A stretch of DNA of 63,572 nt, filler included. It is 5 parts of 5 records of this genome, joined end to end, with 100 filler letters (N's around TTAATTAATTAA, not from the genome) between each part and the next. Parts side by side here need not be neighbours in the genome. Positions count along the whole stretch, not along the records: positions 1 to 23,939 come from DRR723986_636; positions 24,040 to 29,581 come from DRR723986_650; 3 more parts are not named here. One strand, written 5' to 3'. Made by a program: the position numbers and the translations under genes. Positions 17,868-26,958 of this stretch are shown here, piece by piece. The notes under the pieces are model-generated. The model searched no databases. It saw only the letters and a program-made list of their open reading frames with translations, and was not told where the DNA came from. Every line of letters starts with the position of its first letter. Position 1 is the stretch's first letter.

Positions 17868-20048
17868 TCAAAACTTCACATTAATCCCCGCCACCACCTG
17901 CCGTTGCCGACCTGGTTGAATACCATTGGTACGCGCAGCAATGTACTGCTTGTCCGTCAGGTTCTCGGCATTCAAAAAATAGCTGACATTGCTGCCTGCT
18001 GGCGCAAAGCTGATGGATGCATTGAGCAGGGTGACTGCTTCAATTTCTCCGAACAGGCCGCAGAACAAATCGTTCGCAGGGTCTTCACCATTGGGGCAAA
18101 AGCCCAGGGGCTCGGTGCCGCCAAAGTTCTCGGTATTGGCAAATTGTTTGCTCACATGCGTTGCGCCAACTCGGGCATTCCATTGTTCCGTTTCATACGA
18201 CAAATTCAAAGCCAGGGTGTGCTTTGGGGCGTAGGGCAAGCGGTTGCCTGCCTGGTAAGTACCGTATCCATCTTCGCCTTCACCGCCCACCACGCCCGAG
18301 TTTTTGAACTCAGCGGTGAACAGGTTGGTGTAGGCCATGCTGACAAAGAACGGATTGGCCTTTTCACTGAATAATTCACCCAGATTGAATCGACCTGCCA
18401 ACTCAAACCCGGTGTGTTGTGCTTCGCCTTCATTTCGGAAGAATCCGCCTGAATTCACCACAATGTCTTCAATGTCGAGATTGAAGAAAGTTGCTTCATA
18501 GGCGCCTGCACGTAAATTGCCTCGAATACCCAATTCAGTCACGGTGGCCAATTCGGGCGTTACGCGCTGAAGCATGTCGTTTTCAATGTCGCGGTCTGGG
18601 CGGGGCGGGGCAAAGCCGCGGTGTACGCCGCCAAATACTGTTGCATTCTCCAGTCCGTTCCAGGTAAAACCAATGCCGGGCAGGGTCTCGGTTTCGCTGG
18701 TGTCCAACATGTCTTCCTGCTGAAAATTGGCTGTACCAGGCACACCCGAAAACAGTACCTTGGTCTGTTCAATTTGCTCCACGCGTACGCCGGGGGTCAA
18801 AGTCCAGTCGCCCATCAAGAAGGTGTTCTGTGCAAAAAATGCAGTGGCTTCCACATCGGCCAGCAGGCGTTCATCTGCCTCGGGTGTGGTGTCGGCGAAG
18901 TTGTCGAATTCAAATTTCTTACGGTCAATGTCTTCCGTGTGGTAGCGCATGCCGATGATGGTTTCGCTGGGCACACCAAAAGCAGAATGTGTGAATTCAA
19001 GCTTCGGTTCAATGCCGAATACATCGTATTGACGCGGCCTGGTTGCAAATTCGGTTTCCAGCTCACCCAGGCCTATTGTGGTTGGGTCCATGGGGTCAAA
19101 GGCCGATTCAAATTCGCGCGAGCGCAAAGAAGTTCTGTCAGTTTTGGTGTGGTACACCTGCGTGGTCAGGCGGGCACGTTCTCCCAATTGCCAGCCATGA
19201 ATCAACTGAATGGTGTCGCGGTCCATCACATAGCGTTCGCCCTCGGTGCCTGGAACCGAGTAGGGGTCGCGCAAATACTCCTGTGCGGTAAGTCCGGTCT
19301 CGCTGAACAGCGAATCTTCTTCAAACCGGGTGTACTTCGCGGTCAGGGTGTGTGCACTGTTGATATTCAACTGGCCCTTGATGGTTACATCTTGTACATC
19401 GAATTCATGCTGTGCGCGAATGCCGTCGCCTTGGCGCTTGAGCAAATCAATCATGATGCCGCCTTGTTCTGAGCCGGTTCCCAGGTTCAAGTGTGCACCC
19501 CGGTAGCCTTCATTGCCCACCGACAATTTTGCGGAACCTTCAAAACCGTCTCGCGGTACGGGTTTCGTCACGAAGTTGATCATCCCGCCCAGCGTTTGTG
19601 GGCCATATAAAATTTGACCCGATCCTTTCAGTACCTCAACGCGCTCCAGTCGCTCCAGCGGCGTAGAGTAGTGCGCTGAAGGGTCGCCGTATGGCGCAAA
19701 AAATACAGTGGGTGCACCGTCTTCCAAAAGCAGTGTTCGTGAACTGCGCCTTGGGTTCAGCCCGCGCAATCCGATATTCAGGTGAGTGCCCGCAGCGTCC
19801 TCAGACACCACATGCAGACCGGGTACTTCTCGAACCAGTTCCAGAATGGAAAAGGGTTCGCGTTTGTCCAGGTCTTCCCGAGTTAGCACGTTCGACGAGC
19901 CGGGTAAATTTTCAATATTGGAAGGCAAGATACTGTTGCCCGACACCTCGACGCTGGGCAATGCATTGCTTTGCGCAAAGGCCAAGCCGCCATGCCCCAA
20001 CATGATCAGCACCGCACTGGTGATTGCTGTTTTCTTGAATGTACCCAT
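17868..20048 (-). CDS. TonB-dependent receptor (FecA-like)
   Basis: NIGLRGLNPRRS, LLLEDG, APYG, EVLKGSGQILYGPQT.GG.INF, terminal Phe. Confidence 0.93.
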   Translation of the reverse strand: MGTFKKTAITSAVLIMLGHGGLAFAQSNALPSVEVSGNSILPSNIENLPGSSNVLTREDLDKREPFSILELVREVPGLHVVSEDAAGTHLNIGLRGLNPRRSSRTLLLEDGAPTVFFAPYGDPSAHYSTPLERLERVEVLKGSGQILYGPQTLGGMINFVTKPVPRDGFEGSAKLSVGNEGYRGAHLNLGTGSEQGGIMIDLLKRQGDGIRAQHEFDVQDVTIKGQLNINSAHTLTAKYTRFEEDSLFSETGLTAQEYLRDPYSVPGTEGERYVMDRDTIQLIHGWQLGERARLTTQVYHTKTDRTSLRSREFESAFDPMDPTTIGLGELETEFATRPRQYDVFGIEPKLEFTHSAFGVPSETIIGMRYHTEDIDRKKFEFDNFADTTPEADERLLADVEATAFFAQNTFLMGDWTLTPGVRVEQIEQTKVLFSGVPGTANFQQEDMLDTSETETLPGIGFTWNGLENATVFGGVHRGFAPPRPDRDIENDMLQRVTPELATVTELGIRGNLRAGAYEATFFNLDIEDIVVNSGGFFRNEGEAQHTGFELAGRFNLGELFSEKANPFFVSMAYTNLFTAEFKNSGVVGGEGEDGYGTYQAGNRLPYAPKHTLALNLSYETEQWNARVGATHVSKQFANTENFGGTEPLGFCPNGEDPANDLFCGLFGEIEAVTLLNASISFAPAGSNVSYFLNAENLTDKQYIAARTNGIQPGRQRQVVAGINVKF

Positions 20049-20217
20049 GTCCTACCTCTCCGAGTTCTTTTATGTTCTGCAGCAAGTGTAGGAACTGGAC
20101 AGCGCACTTTCCAAGGGAACTTTTCCCGAAAATATTCGCAATAAGGGGAACTTTAATGGCGTGATAGGCTCCCTCTATCAGATCGCTTGATTAACCTTCA
20201 CAACAATAGACACCGAC

Positions 20218-21492
20218 ATGACAGCAACCACCATTCAATGGATTGCCGCCTTTCTTTTTGCCGGCGCGCTTATTCACACTTTTTCGGCCAGCTACTTTGA
20301 ACGCTTGGCTCACCACAGCAAACACCACAGTGGCTTGTTTCACCTGCTAGGCGAGGTTGAAGCGGTATTTGGCATTTGGGCCCTGTTTTTGGTCATCGCC
20401 ATGGCTTTTTCAGTCAACCTCGATTCAGCCGTGGAGTATGTGGATACCCGCCATTACACCGAGCCCTTGTTCGTATTCGTGATCATGGTGGTGGCGGCAA
20501 GCCGCCCGGTGTTGGACGCCTCCCGTTTGCTGGTTGAGGGTTTGGCCCGTTTGATGCCCGTGAACAAAGGTGTTGCCTTCACCTGGCTGGGCCTGTTCAT
20601 GGTGCCCCTCTTGGGCAGCTTTATCACCGAGCCTGCCGCCATGACCTTGGCTGCCTTGTTGCTGCGTGATGTCCTGTTTTCAAAATCTGTTCCAAACTTT
20701 ATTCGTTATTGGGGCTTGGGCGTGCTGTTCGTGAATATCTCGATTGGTGGCGTGCTGACATCGTTTGCTGCCCCGCCCGTGTTAATGGTCGCAGGCACTT
20801 GGGGTTGGGATACGCCGTTCATGATGGCCACCTTTGGCTGGAAGGCGGCCATTGGCGTGTTCATCAATGCAACCGTATTCATTTTTTTCGCAGCCAAGCA
20901 TTTGGGCGCGGAAGTTAAAGCCCCGGAAGCTTTGGGTGAAGATGGTCAGCCCTTGGCTCCTGTACCCTGGTGGGCCATGGTCATTCACTTGGCCTTTTTG
21001 GGCGCGGTGGTTTTGTTTGCGCATCACCCAGCCGTGTTCTTGGGCATTTTCCTGTTTTTCCTGGGTTTTACGGCCGCATACAACACCTTCCAGTCCCGCT
21101 TGTTGCTGAAGGAAGGCTTGCTGGTGGCATTCTTCCTGGCGGGTCTTGTGGTACTGGGTGGCATGCAGCAGTGGTGGTTGCAACCTGCAGTCAGCGACCT
21201 GGACGATGGCGTGTTGTTCATGGCAGCCATGGCACTTACAGCGATTACGGACAACGCCGCGCTCACTTATTTGGGGTCGTTGATTGAGGGCACCTCAGAA
21301 AGTTTCCGCTATGCCCTGGTGGCTGGTGCGGTGGCGGGCGGCGGCCTTACGGTGATTGCCAATGCGCCCAACCCGGCGGGTTTGTCACTGCTCAAGCGCC
21401 AGTTTCCTGGCGAGGCAGTGTCAGCTGGAGGTTTGCTTGCCGGGGCCCTCGGGCCCACGGCGGTCGCGGCACTTTGCTTCTGGTATCTGTGA
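20218..21492 (+). CDS. Putative Na+/H+ antiporter (DUF1504)
   Basis: HLLGEVE, GSFITEPAAMT, NISIGG.LT.FAAPP, TDNAALTYL, GGGLTVIANAPNPAG. Confidence 0.85.
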   Translation: MTATTIQWIAAFLFAGALIHTFSASYFERLAHHSKHHSGLFHLLGEVEAVFGIWALFLVIAMAFSVNLDSAVEYVDTRHYTEPLFVFVIMVVAASRPVLDASRLLVEGLARLMPVNKGVAFTWLGLFMVPLLGSFITEPAAMTLAALLLRDVLFSKSVPNFIRYWGLGVLFVNISIGGVLTSFAAPPVLMVAGTWGWDTPFMMATFGWKAAIGVFINATVFIFFAAKHLGAEVKAPEALGEDGQPLAPVPWWAMVIHLAFLGAVVLFAHHPAVFLGIFLFFLGFTAAYNTFQSRLLLKEGLLVAFFLAGLVVLGGMQQWWLQPAVSDLDDGVLFMAAMALTAITDNAALTYLGSLIEGTSESFRYALVAGAVAGGGLTVIANAPNPAGLSLLKRQFPGEAVSAGGLLAGALGPTAVAALCFWYL

Positions 21493-21509
21493 ACCAGTAG
21501 AGGTTCAAT

Positions 21510-21549
21510 AAAAAAGCCCCTGTGCGCAACACACAGGGGCTTTTTTTTT
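21510..21549. terminator. Bidirectional intrinsic terminator
   Basis: A6-GCCCCTGTG-loop-CACAGGGGC-T9 between convergent genes. Confidence 0.92.
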
Positions 21550-21561
21550 AACGCCAGTTGC

Positions 21562-22149
21562 TTATCGGCTGAACGGGCTAATACCGATCAAATGAACATG
21601 CAGCCAAGCCGCGAAAACCAGCCAGGCCAGTACACCCACCACCACGGTCATCAGTGTGCCCACTTTGGTGGGACCGTCGCCCGCAAAACCCATGGGAATG
21701 GCGCGCCTGCGTGCGGTTTTAAACAGCAACACCGCCCACACCAAAAATGATCCAAACAAAATAATATCGGCCAGGGTGCCATTGGCGATCAAATGCGCCA
21801 GCGCCCATACTTTTACCGACAAGGTCATGGGGTGCTGTAACTTGGCCTTGATGTGGTTGGTGGGCACATAACAAGCCGCCAACATGATGAAAGACACCAG
21901 CATGAGAAGTGCCGCAATGTGGCGCATCGCCGCAGGTGGGCTCCACACGAAAATTGGGTCAAGCCTGGCCTGGCCGTATCCGTAGACGATCAATACCAGG
22001 CCCAGGATAGAGACCACCGTGTAAATGCCGCGGTACTTGCCTTTGCCAAGCCTCGCGATCATGCCCGACCGGCGTTGGTCGTCTGGAATTCGAGTTGCGT
22101 GCATGCCCAGAAAAAGCGCCAACCCGGCGACCAATATCAACAAGCCCAT
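21562..22149 (-). CDS. NnrU family membrane protein
   Basis: GLALFLGMH, HPMTLSVKVWALAHLIANG, LFGSFLVWA. Confidence 0.88.
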   Translation of the reverse strand: MGLLILVAGLALFLGMHATRIPDDQRRSGMIARLGKGKYRGIYTVVSILGLVLIVYGYGQARLDPIFVWSPPAAMRHIAALLMLVSFIMLAACYVPTNHIKAKLQHPMTLSVKVWALAHLIANGTLADIILFGSFLVWAVLLFKTARRRAIPMGFAGDGPTKVGTLMTVVVGVLAWLVFAAWLHVHLIGISPFSR

Positions 22150-22189
22150 TCAGTTCTCCTTTTTGTAGTGAACTGATTATGTCACAGGC

Positions 22190-22771
22190 TTACGCTGCGC
22201 GCCGTGCTGCCGGTTTTGGTGCGAAGGTGCCCAGCGATTCGGGCTTGGGCAGCAAACGTTCAAGCCAGGCCGGAATTTGTTTCAAACCCAGCACATTGTC
22301 TTCACGCACCCCTCCTTCGGTAAATACGCGGGTGCCCATGATGTAATCAAACCACGGGCGGGTGACGCACCAGTTGGCGCCTGGGTTGTTGCCCATGTGG
22401 TGGTCGAAGTGCCAGGGTACGCGTTGTTCCCCCCACGCTGGGTTCATGTGGCTTTTCTTGTGAACCCGATAGTAATTCAGGCTGCTGTACCAAAGTGTGC
22501 TCACAAAGAAGGGTGCCACCGGAAACAGCGGTGTCACTGCAACCGCGCTGGCAATCAGTGCCCAGGCCTCTTTGCCCTGTGCATGCATCCCGAGCGGAAA
22601 GCGCTCATAGTTCGGGTCGTAATAGCCATGTTCACGCACTTCCCTGTGGTGTTCATGAAAGTGAAAGGCCCAGAATGTGCCTCGTTTTTTCCCCATCCCG
22701 TGCAGCACGTATTTGTGCATGCCCCATTCCACGGCATTGGCGGTCAATAGCCCCAAAGGAATTCCCAACAT
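22190..22771 (-). CDS. Sterol desaturase / fatty-acid hydroxylase superfamily protein
   Basis: His boxes EW.MHKYVLH, HFHEHH, HKKSH, WHFDHH; ATG at 22771. Confidence 0.75.
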   Translation of the reverse strand: MLGIPLGLLTANAVEWGMHKYVLHGMGKKRGTFWAFHFHEHHREVREHGYYDPNYERFPLGMHAQGKEAWALIASAVAVTPLFPVAPFFVSTLWYSSLNYYRVHKKSHMNPAWGEQRVPWHFDHHMGNNPGANWCVTRPWFDYIMGTRVFTEGGVREDNVLGLKQIPAWLERLLPKPESLGTFAPKPAARRAA

Positions 22772-22796
22772 GTGTGTCTCCGTATTTGACCAAGTG

Positions 22797-23513
22797 TTAA
22801 GCGGTGTCCAGCGCAGCATTCAATGCACGGCTGCCCAGTTCTACATGTTGCCGGGCCAGCACCTCGCAACGCCGTTGTTCCCCGGCTTCAATGGCCTGCA
22901 TAAGTTGGGTTAGCGTGTCTATATCGCGAAATTCGTCCTGCATCACCAGGGTCAGCGTGTTCCAGGCCGCAAGGTAGGTTTGATTCATGGAGTTGAACGC
23001 CAGCTTGAACACCACATTGCCGCTGCCTTGCACCACCAGGGCCCAAAAATCGAAGGCCAGTTGCTGAAGTTTTGGCAGTTCGCTGGTATTTTGCATGTTG
23101 GCAATCACCGGCTTCAGCGCATCGGCCAATGCCTTGCCGCCGTGCACTGCTGCTTGCCCAGCCACCACTGGCGCCAAAGCCTTGCGCAAGGCTACGATTC
23201 CCCGGGCCACTTCGAGGTTGACTTGCCCCTGTGCATTGACCATCAGGCTTGGCAGCAGTTCAAGGCCTCCCTCGGCTTCAAAGTTCTCAACCTGTGTAGC
23301 CCCACCATGGCGTACCCGAACCAGTCTGGCCTGTTGCAAACGCTTGATTGCCTCGCGCACGGCACCTCTGTTCACCCCAAGGGTTTCAGATAGCTCACGC
23401 TCAGAGGGCAATTCAGCCCCGACTGGTAATACCTTTTTAAGGATTCGATCGCGAAGCTGGGTGTAAACCTGCTCGGAGATCGACGTTTTATGAATGTGGT
23501 CAATGGTTTGCAT
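22797..23513 (-). CDS. GntR/FadR family transcriptional regulator
   Basis: LPSERELSETLGVNRGAVREAIKRL wHTH with FCD-like C-terminus. Confidence 0.9.
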   Translation of the reverse strand: MQTIDHIHKTSISEQVYTQLRDRILKKVLPVGAELPSERELSETLGVNRGAVREAIKRLQQARLVRVRHGGATQVENFEAEGGLELLPSLMVNAQGQVNLEVARGIVALRKALAPVVAGQAAVHGGKALADALKPVIANMQNTSELPKLQQLAFDFWALVVQGSGNVVFKLAFNSMNQTYLAAWNTLTLVMQDEFRDIDTLTQLMQAIEAGEQRRCEVLARQHVELGSRALNAALDTA

Positions 23514-23532
23514 GTGTCAGCAGCAACGATTA

Positions 23533-23561
23533 TTAACTGGTCAACTGATCATACCAGTTAA
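23533..23561. promoter_or_regulatory. FadR-type operator upstream of the GntR gene
   Basis: TTAACTGGT-N11-ACCAGTTAA perfect 9-bp inverted repeat. Confidence 0.65.
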
Positions 23562-23595
23562 ATTCCAAGTGGCGCAAGTGGAAGTGGATTGCCGT

Positions 23596-23937
23596 TTACC
23601 CCGGCTGACAAGCCTTTAACAACGGGCACAGTGCTGTTTCTATAAAGCCAAGCTTGGGGTGGCTGCTGCGGGTCACCAAGGCAATTTCCCGGCTGGGCAA
23701 AGGCGCAGCCAGTTCAATCTGTTTCACTTCGGTTTTGTGCAGCAAACCGGCCTGTATGGCCATGTCAGGCAACAAGGCACAGCCCAGGCCCGAATTCACC
23801 AACTGAACCATGGTGGCCAAGCTGCTGGCCTCAACCGGATTGCCGTCGTTGTTGTTCGCTTCCCGTTGTTTGGCACTGCAAGCCGATACGGTGTGGTCAC
23901 GCAGGCAATGGCCTTTCTCAAGCAACAGCAGGCGGCG
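23596..23937 (-). CDS. oxyR: OxyR-like LysR regulator, C-terminal part (contig end)
   Basis: LLLLEKGHCLRDHTVSAC with C-X8-C spacing; ASSLAT.VQLV..GLG..LLP. Confidence 0.7.
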   Translation of the reverse strand, partial: RRLLLLEKGHCLRDHTVSACSAKQREANNNDGNPVEASSLATMVQLVNSGLGCALLPDMAIQAGLLHKTEVKQIELAAPLPSREIALVTRSSHPKLGFIETALCPLLKACQPG

Positions 23938-23939
23938 GG

Positions 23940-24039
23940 NNNNNNNNNNNNNNNNNNNNNNNNNNNNNNNNNNNNNNNNNNNNTTAATTAATTAANNNNN
24001 NNNNNNNNNNNNNNNNNNNNNNNNNNNNNNNNNNNNNNN
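23940..24039. other. Artificial contig linker
   Basis: N44 + TTAATTAATTAA (stops in all six frames) + N44. Confidence 0.99.
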
Positions 24040-24040
24040 T

Positions 24041-24862
24041 GCCATGGGTGCCGCCATTCAGGCCGGCGTGCTGCAGGGCGATGTAAAAGACGTTGTGCTG
24101 CTGGATGTAACCCCGCTGTCGCTGGGCATCGAAACGCTGGGCGGTGTGTTCACCCGCCTGATCGACCGCAACACCACGATTCCAACCAAGAAAAGCCAGG
24201 TGTTTTCAACCGCCGAAGATAACCAATCGGCCGTGACCATCCGCGTGTTCCAGGGCGAGCGTGAAATGGCCGCCGACAACAAAATGCTGGGCCAGTTCAA
24301 TCTGGAAGATATCCCGCCGGCACCGCGCGGCATGCCGCAGATCGAAGTAACCTTCGATATCGATGCAAACGGTATTGTTTCTGTTGGCGCCAAAGACAAG
24401 GGCACCGGCAAGGAACAAAAGATCACCATTCAGGCATCGGGCGGCTTGTCGGATGATGACATCGAACAGATGATCAAAGACGCCGAAGACAACGCCGAGG
24501 CAGATAAAGAGCGCCGCGCGCTGGTCGAGGCCCGCAACCAGGCGGAAAGCCTGATTCATTCAACCGAAAAATCGGTTGAAGAGCATGGTGACAAAGTCGA
24601 CCCAACCACAGTTGAGGCGATCGAGCTGGCCATTGCCGCGCTGAAAGACGATCTGGAAAGCGACAAAACCACCGCAGACAAGCTGCGCGCTGGCATCCAG
24701 AACGTAACAGAAGCAGCCATGAAACTGGGCGAGGCCATCTATAAGGCGCAAGCCGAAGAAGGCGATGACGAACCCTCGATGGCAGGATCCAGCCAGTCAG
24801 ATCATGACGATGACATCGTCGATGCTGATTTCGAGGATCTGGATAACGACAAGCGCAAATAA
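24041..24862 (+). CDS. dnaK: Chaperone DnaK (5'-truncated)
   Basis: [35 protein letters not shown], acidic tail [10 protein letters not shown]. Confidence 0.98.
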   Translation, partial: AMGAAIQAGVLQGDVKDVVLLDVTPLSLGIETLGGVFTRLIDRNTTIPTKKSQVFSTAEDNQSAVTIRVFQGEREMAADNKMLGQFNLEDIPPAPRGMPQIEVTFDIDANGIVSVGAKDKGTGKEQKITIQASGGLSDDDIEQMIKDAEDNAEADKERRALVEARNQAESLIHSTEKSVEEHGDKVDPTTVEAIELAIAALKDDLESDKTTADKLRAGIQNVTEAAMKLGEAIYKAQAEEGDDEPSMAGSSQSDHDDDIVDADFEDLDNDKRK

Positions 24863-24884
24863 GCGCCCATAGCGGAACCGTTCG

Positions 24885-24914
24885 GGGCCGGTCCGTTAAC
24901 CGGGCCGGCCCTTT
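24885..24914 (+). terminator. GC-rich hairpin between dnaK and dnaJ
   Basis: GGGCCGGTCCG-TTAAC-CGGGCCGGCCC-TTT. Confidence 0.6.
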
Positions 24915-24938
24915 ACGTTCCGACAAGGGGGAACCCGA

Positions 24939-26090
24939 ATGTCAAAACGTGATTATTACGAGGTTTTGGGCATCTCAAAGGGCGCCAGTGCCGACGAGAT
25001 CAAAAAAGCCTTTCGCACCAAAGCCAAAGAACTGCACCCAGATCGCAATGCCGATAACCCAAACGCCGAAGCGCAGTTCAAAGAGGCCAACGAGGCCTAC
25101 GACTGCCTGAAAGACCCCGATAAAAAAGCCGCATACGACCGCTATGGCCATGCCGCTTTCGAGGGGGGCATGGGCGGCGGCCAGCGCGGTGGTGGCTTTC
25201 ACGGGCAGGGCGATTTTGCCAGTGCCTTCTCTGATGTCTTCGACGATCTGTTTGGCGATTTCATGGGCGGCGGTGGCCGCGGCCAAGGCGGGCGCCAACG
25301 TGCCGCGCGCGGCGCAGATTTGCGCTATAACCTGCGCGTCACGCTGGAAGAAGCCTATGCCGGCATGCAAAAAACCATCAATGTGCCCACCGCTGTGGCC
25401 TGTGGCGCATGCAGTGGCTCGGGCGCCGAGGGTGGCGCCGAGCCCACCACCTGCCCCACCTGCTCGGGCATGGGCAAGGTGCGCGCGCAACAAGGGTTTT
25501 TCACCATCGAACGCACCTGCCCCACATGCTCGGGCATTGGGCAGATCATCAAAAACCCCTGCAAATCATGCGGCGGCAAAGGCCGTGTGGAAAAGGAACG
25601 CGCGCTTAGCGTGAATATTCCTGCGGGCGTTGAAACTGGCACGCGTATCCGCCTGTCGGGCGAGGGCGAGGCCGGCATGCGCGGTGGGCCCACGGGGGAT
25701 TTGTATATCTTCATCGAGGTCCGCGAGCATGACATCTTCCAGCGCGAGGGCACAAACCTGTTCTGCCGCGTGCCGGTATCGATGATCACCGCCGCGCTGG
25801 GTGGCGATATCGAAGTGCCCACAATCGATGGTGGCAGAAGCCGCGTTAAAATTCCCGCAGGCAGCCAATCGGGGCGGCAAATGCGCCTACGATCCAAAGG
25901 CATGCCAGCCCTGCGCGGCGGTGGGCAAGGGGATATGTTCATCGAAATGGCGGTGGAAACACCCGTAAACCTGACCAGCCGGCAAAAAGAGCTTTTGCAA
26001 GAATTCGAAAAGTTGTCCGAAGACAACAACCCCGAAGGCAAAAGCTTTTTCTCGTCGGTCAAAGGGTTTTGGGATTCGATGAAGGGCTAA
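24939..26090 (+). CDS. dnaJ: Chaperone DnaJ
   Basis: J-domain HPD, G/F region, four CxxCxGxG repeats. Confidence 0.98.
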   Translation: MSKRDYYEVLGISKGASADEIKKAFRTKAKELHPDRNADNPNAEAQFKEANEAYDCLKDPDKKAAYDRYGHAAFEGGMGGGQRGGGFHGQGDFASAFSDVFDDLFGDFMGGGGRGQGGRQRAARGADLRYNLRVTLEEAYAGMQKTINVPTAVACGACSGSGAEGGAEPTTCPTCSGMGKVRAQQGFFTIERTCPTCSGIGQIIKNPCKSCGGKGRVEKERALSVNIPAGVETGTRIRLSGEGEAGMRGGPTGDLYIFIEVREHDIFQREGTNLFCRVPVSMITAALGGDIEVPTIDGGRSRVKIPAGSQSGRQMRLRSKGMPALRGGGQGDMFIEMAVETPVNLTSRQKELLQEFEKLSEDNNPEGKSFFSSVKGFWDSMKG

Positions 26091-26100
26091 TTTGGCTTGC

Positions 26101-26120
26101 GGGTGCGGCATGCCGCACCC
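26101..26120. repeat. Perfect 20-bp palindrome (REP-like or terminator stem)
   Basis: GGGTGCGGCATGCCGCACCC. Confidence 0.6.
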
Positions 26121-26135
26121 CGCGCCTATTGGTCG

Positions 26136-26151
26136 TTAAACCTTTGCTAAC
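26136..26151 (+). promoter_or_regulatory. CtrA-box-like site upstream of radC
   Basis: TTAA-ACCTTTG-CTAAC, one mismatch to TTAA-N7-TTAAC. Confidence 0.55.
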
Positions 26152-26165
26152 CTGGGCGCGGCACA

Positions 26166-26954
26166 GTGTTTGGCATGGGTTCGAAAAACACATCTGCCTT
26201 TTCAGAAATGCCGCTGCCCTTGTTTGAAAACGGGGGCAGCGGCAGCATTATGGCCCAACCGCTGCAGCCGGGCGAAAAACTGCCCTCCTATATCAGCGAT
26301 CACCGCCAAAGGCTGCGCCGCCGTTTTTTGGATGGCGGGCCAGATGCACTGCCCGATTACGAGATGCTGGAACTGGTCTTGTTTCGCGCCATACCGCGCC
26401 AGGATGTAAAACCATTGGCGCATGCCCTTTTGCAGCGCTTTGGCGATTTTAACACCGTCATCTCAGCCCCAGCGCACCGCCTGCAGCAAGTGGCCGGTGT
26501 GGGCCCCAGCGTGGTGTGCGAACTAAAGCTGGTCGAGGCGGCCGCACACCGTTTGGCGCGCGCGCGGGTGCTGCAAAGGCCAATTTTGGCCAGCTGGGAT
26601 GCGCTGTTGGCCTATTGCCAAACCACAATGGCGCATCGCGAAACCGAACAGTTTCGCCTGCTGTTTCTAGACCGGAAAAACACCCTTATCGCAGACGAGG
26701 CGCAGGCCACCGGCACGGTTGATCACGTGCCCGTCTACCCGCGCGAGGTGATGAAACGGGCGCTGGAATTAAACGCCAGTGCCCTGATTTTGGTGCATAA
26801 TCACCCCTCGGGCGACCCCACACCATCAGACAGCGATATCGCGATGACCCATCAGATTGAACACGCGGCACAGGTATTGGGCATTGTGCTGCATGACCAC
26901 CTGATCATTGGAAAATCGCGCGAAATCAGCTTTCGTGCCGAGGGGTTATTATAG
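26166..26954 (+). CDS. radC: RadC family JAB-domain protein
   Basis: HRQRLRRRF, GTVDHVPVYPREV, HNHPSGDPTPS..D, LHDHLIIG; exact start uncertain. Confidence 0.95.
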   Translation: MFGMGSKNTSAFSEMPLPLFENGGSGSIMAQPLQPGEKLPSYISDHRQRLRRRFLDGGPDALPDYEMLELVLFRAIPRQDVKPLAHALLQRFGDFNTVISAPAHRLQQVAGVGPSVVCELKLVEAAAHRLARARVLQRPILASWDALLAYCQTTMAHRETEQFRLLFLDRKNTLIADEAQATGTVDHVPVYPREVMKRALELNASALILVHNHPSGDPTPSDSDIAMTHQIEHAAQVLGIVLHDHLIIGKSREISFRAEGLL

Positions 26955-26958
26955 GTGC

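Noticed and set aside
23984-23995. TTAATTAATTAA repeated four times in the window as a possible biological repeat or CtrA site
   Set aside because: Always centred in N-runs; it is a six-frame stop linker
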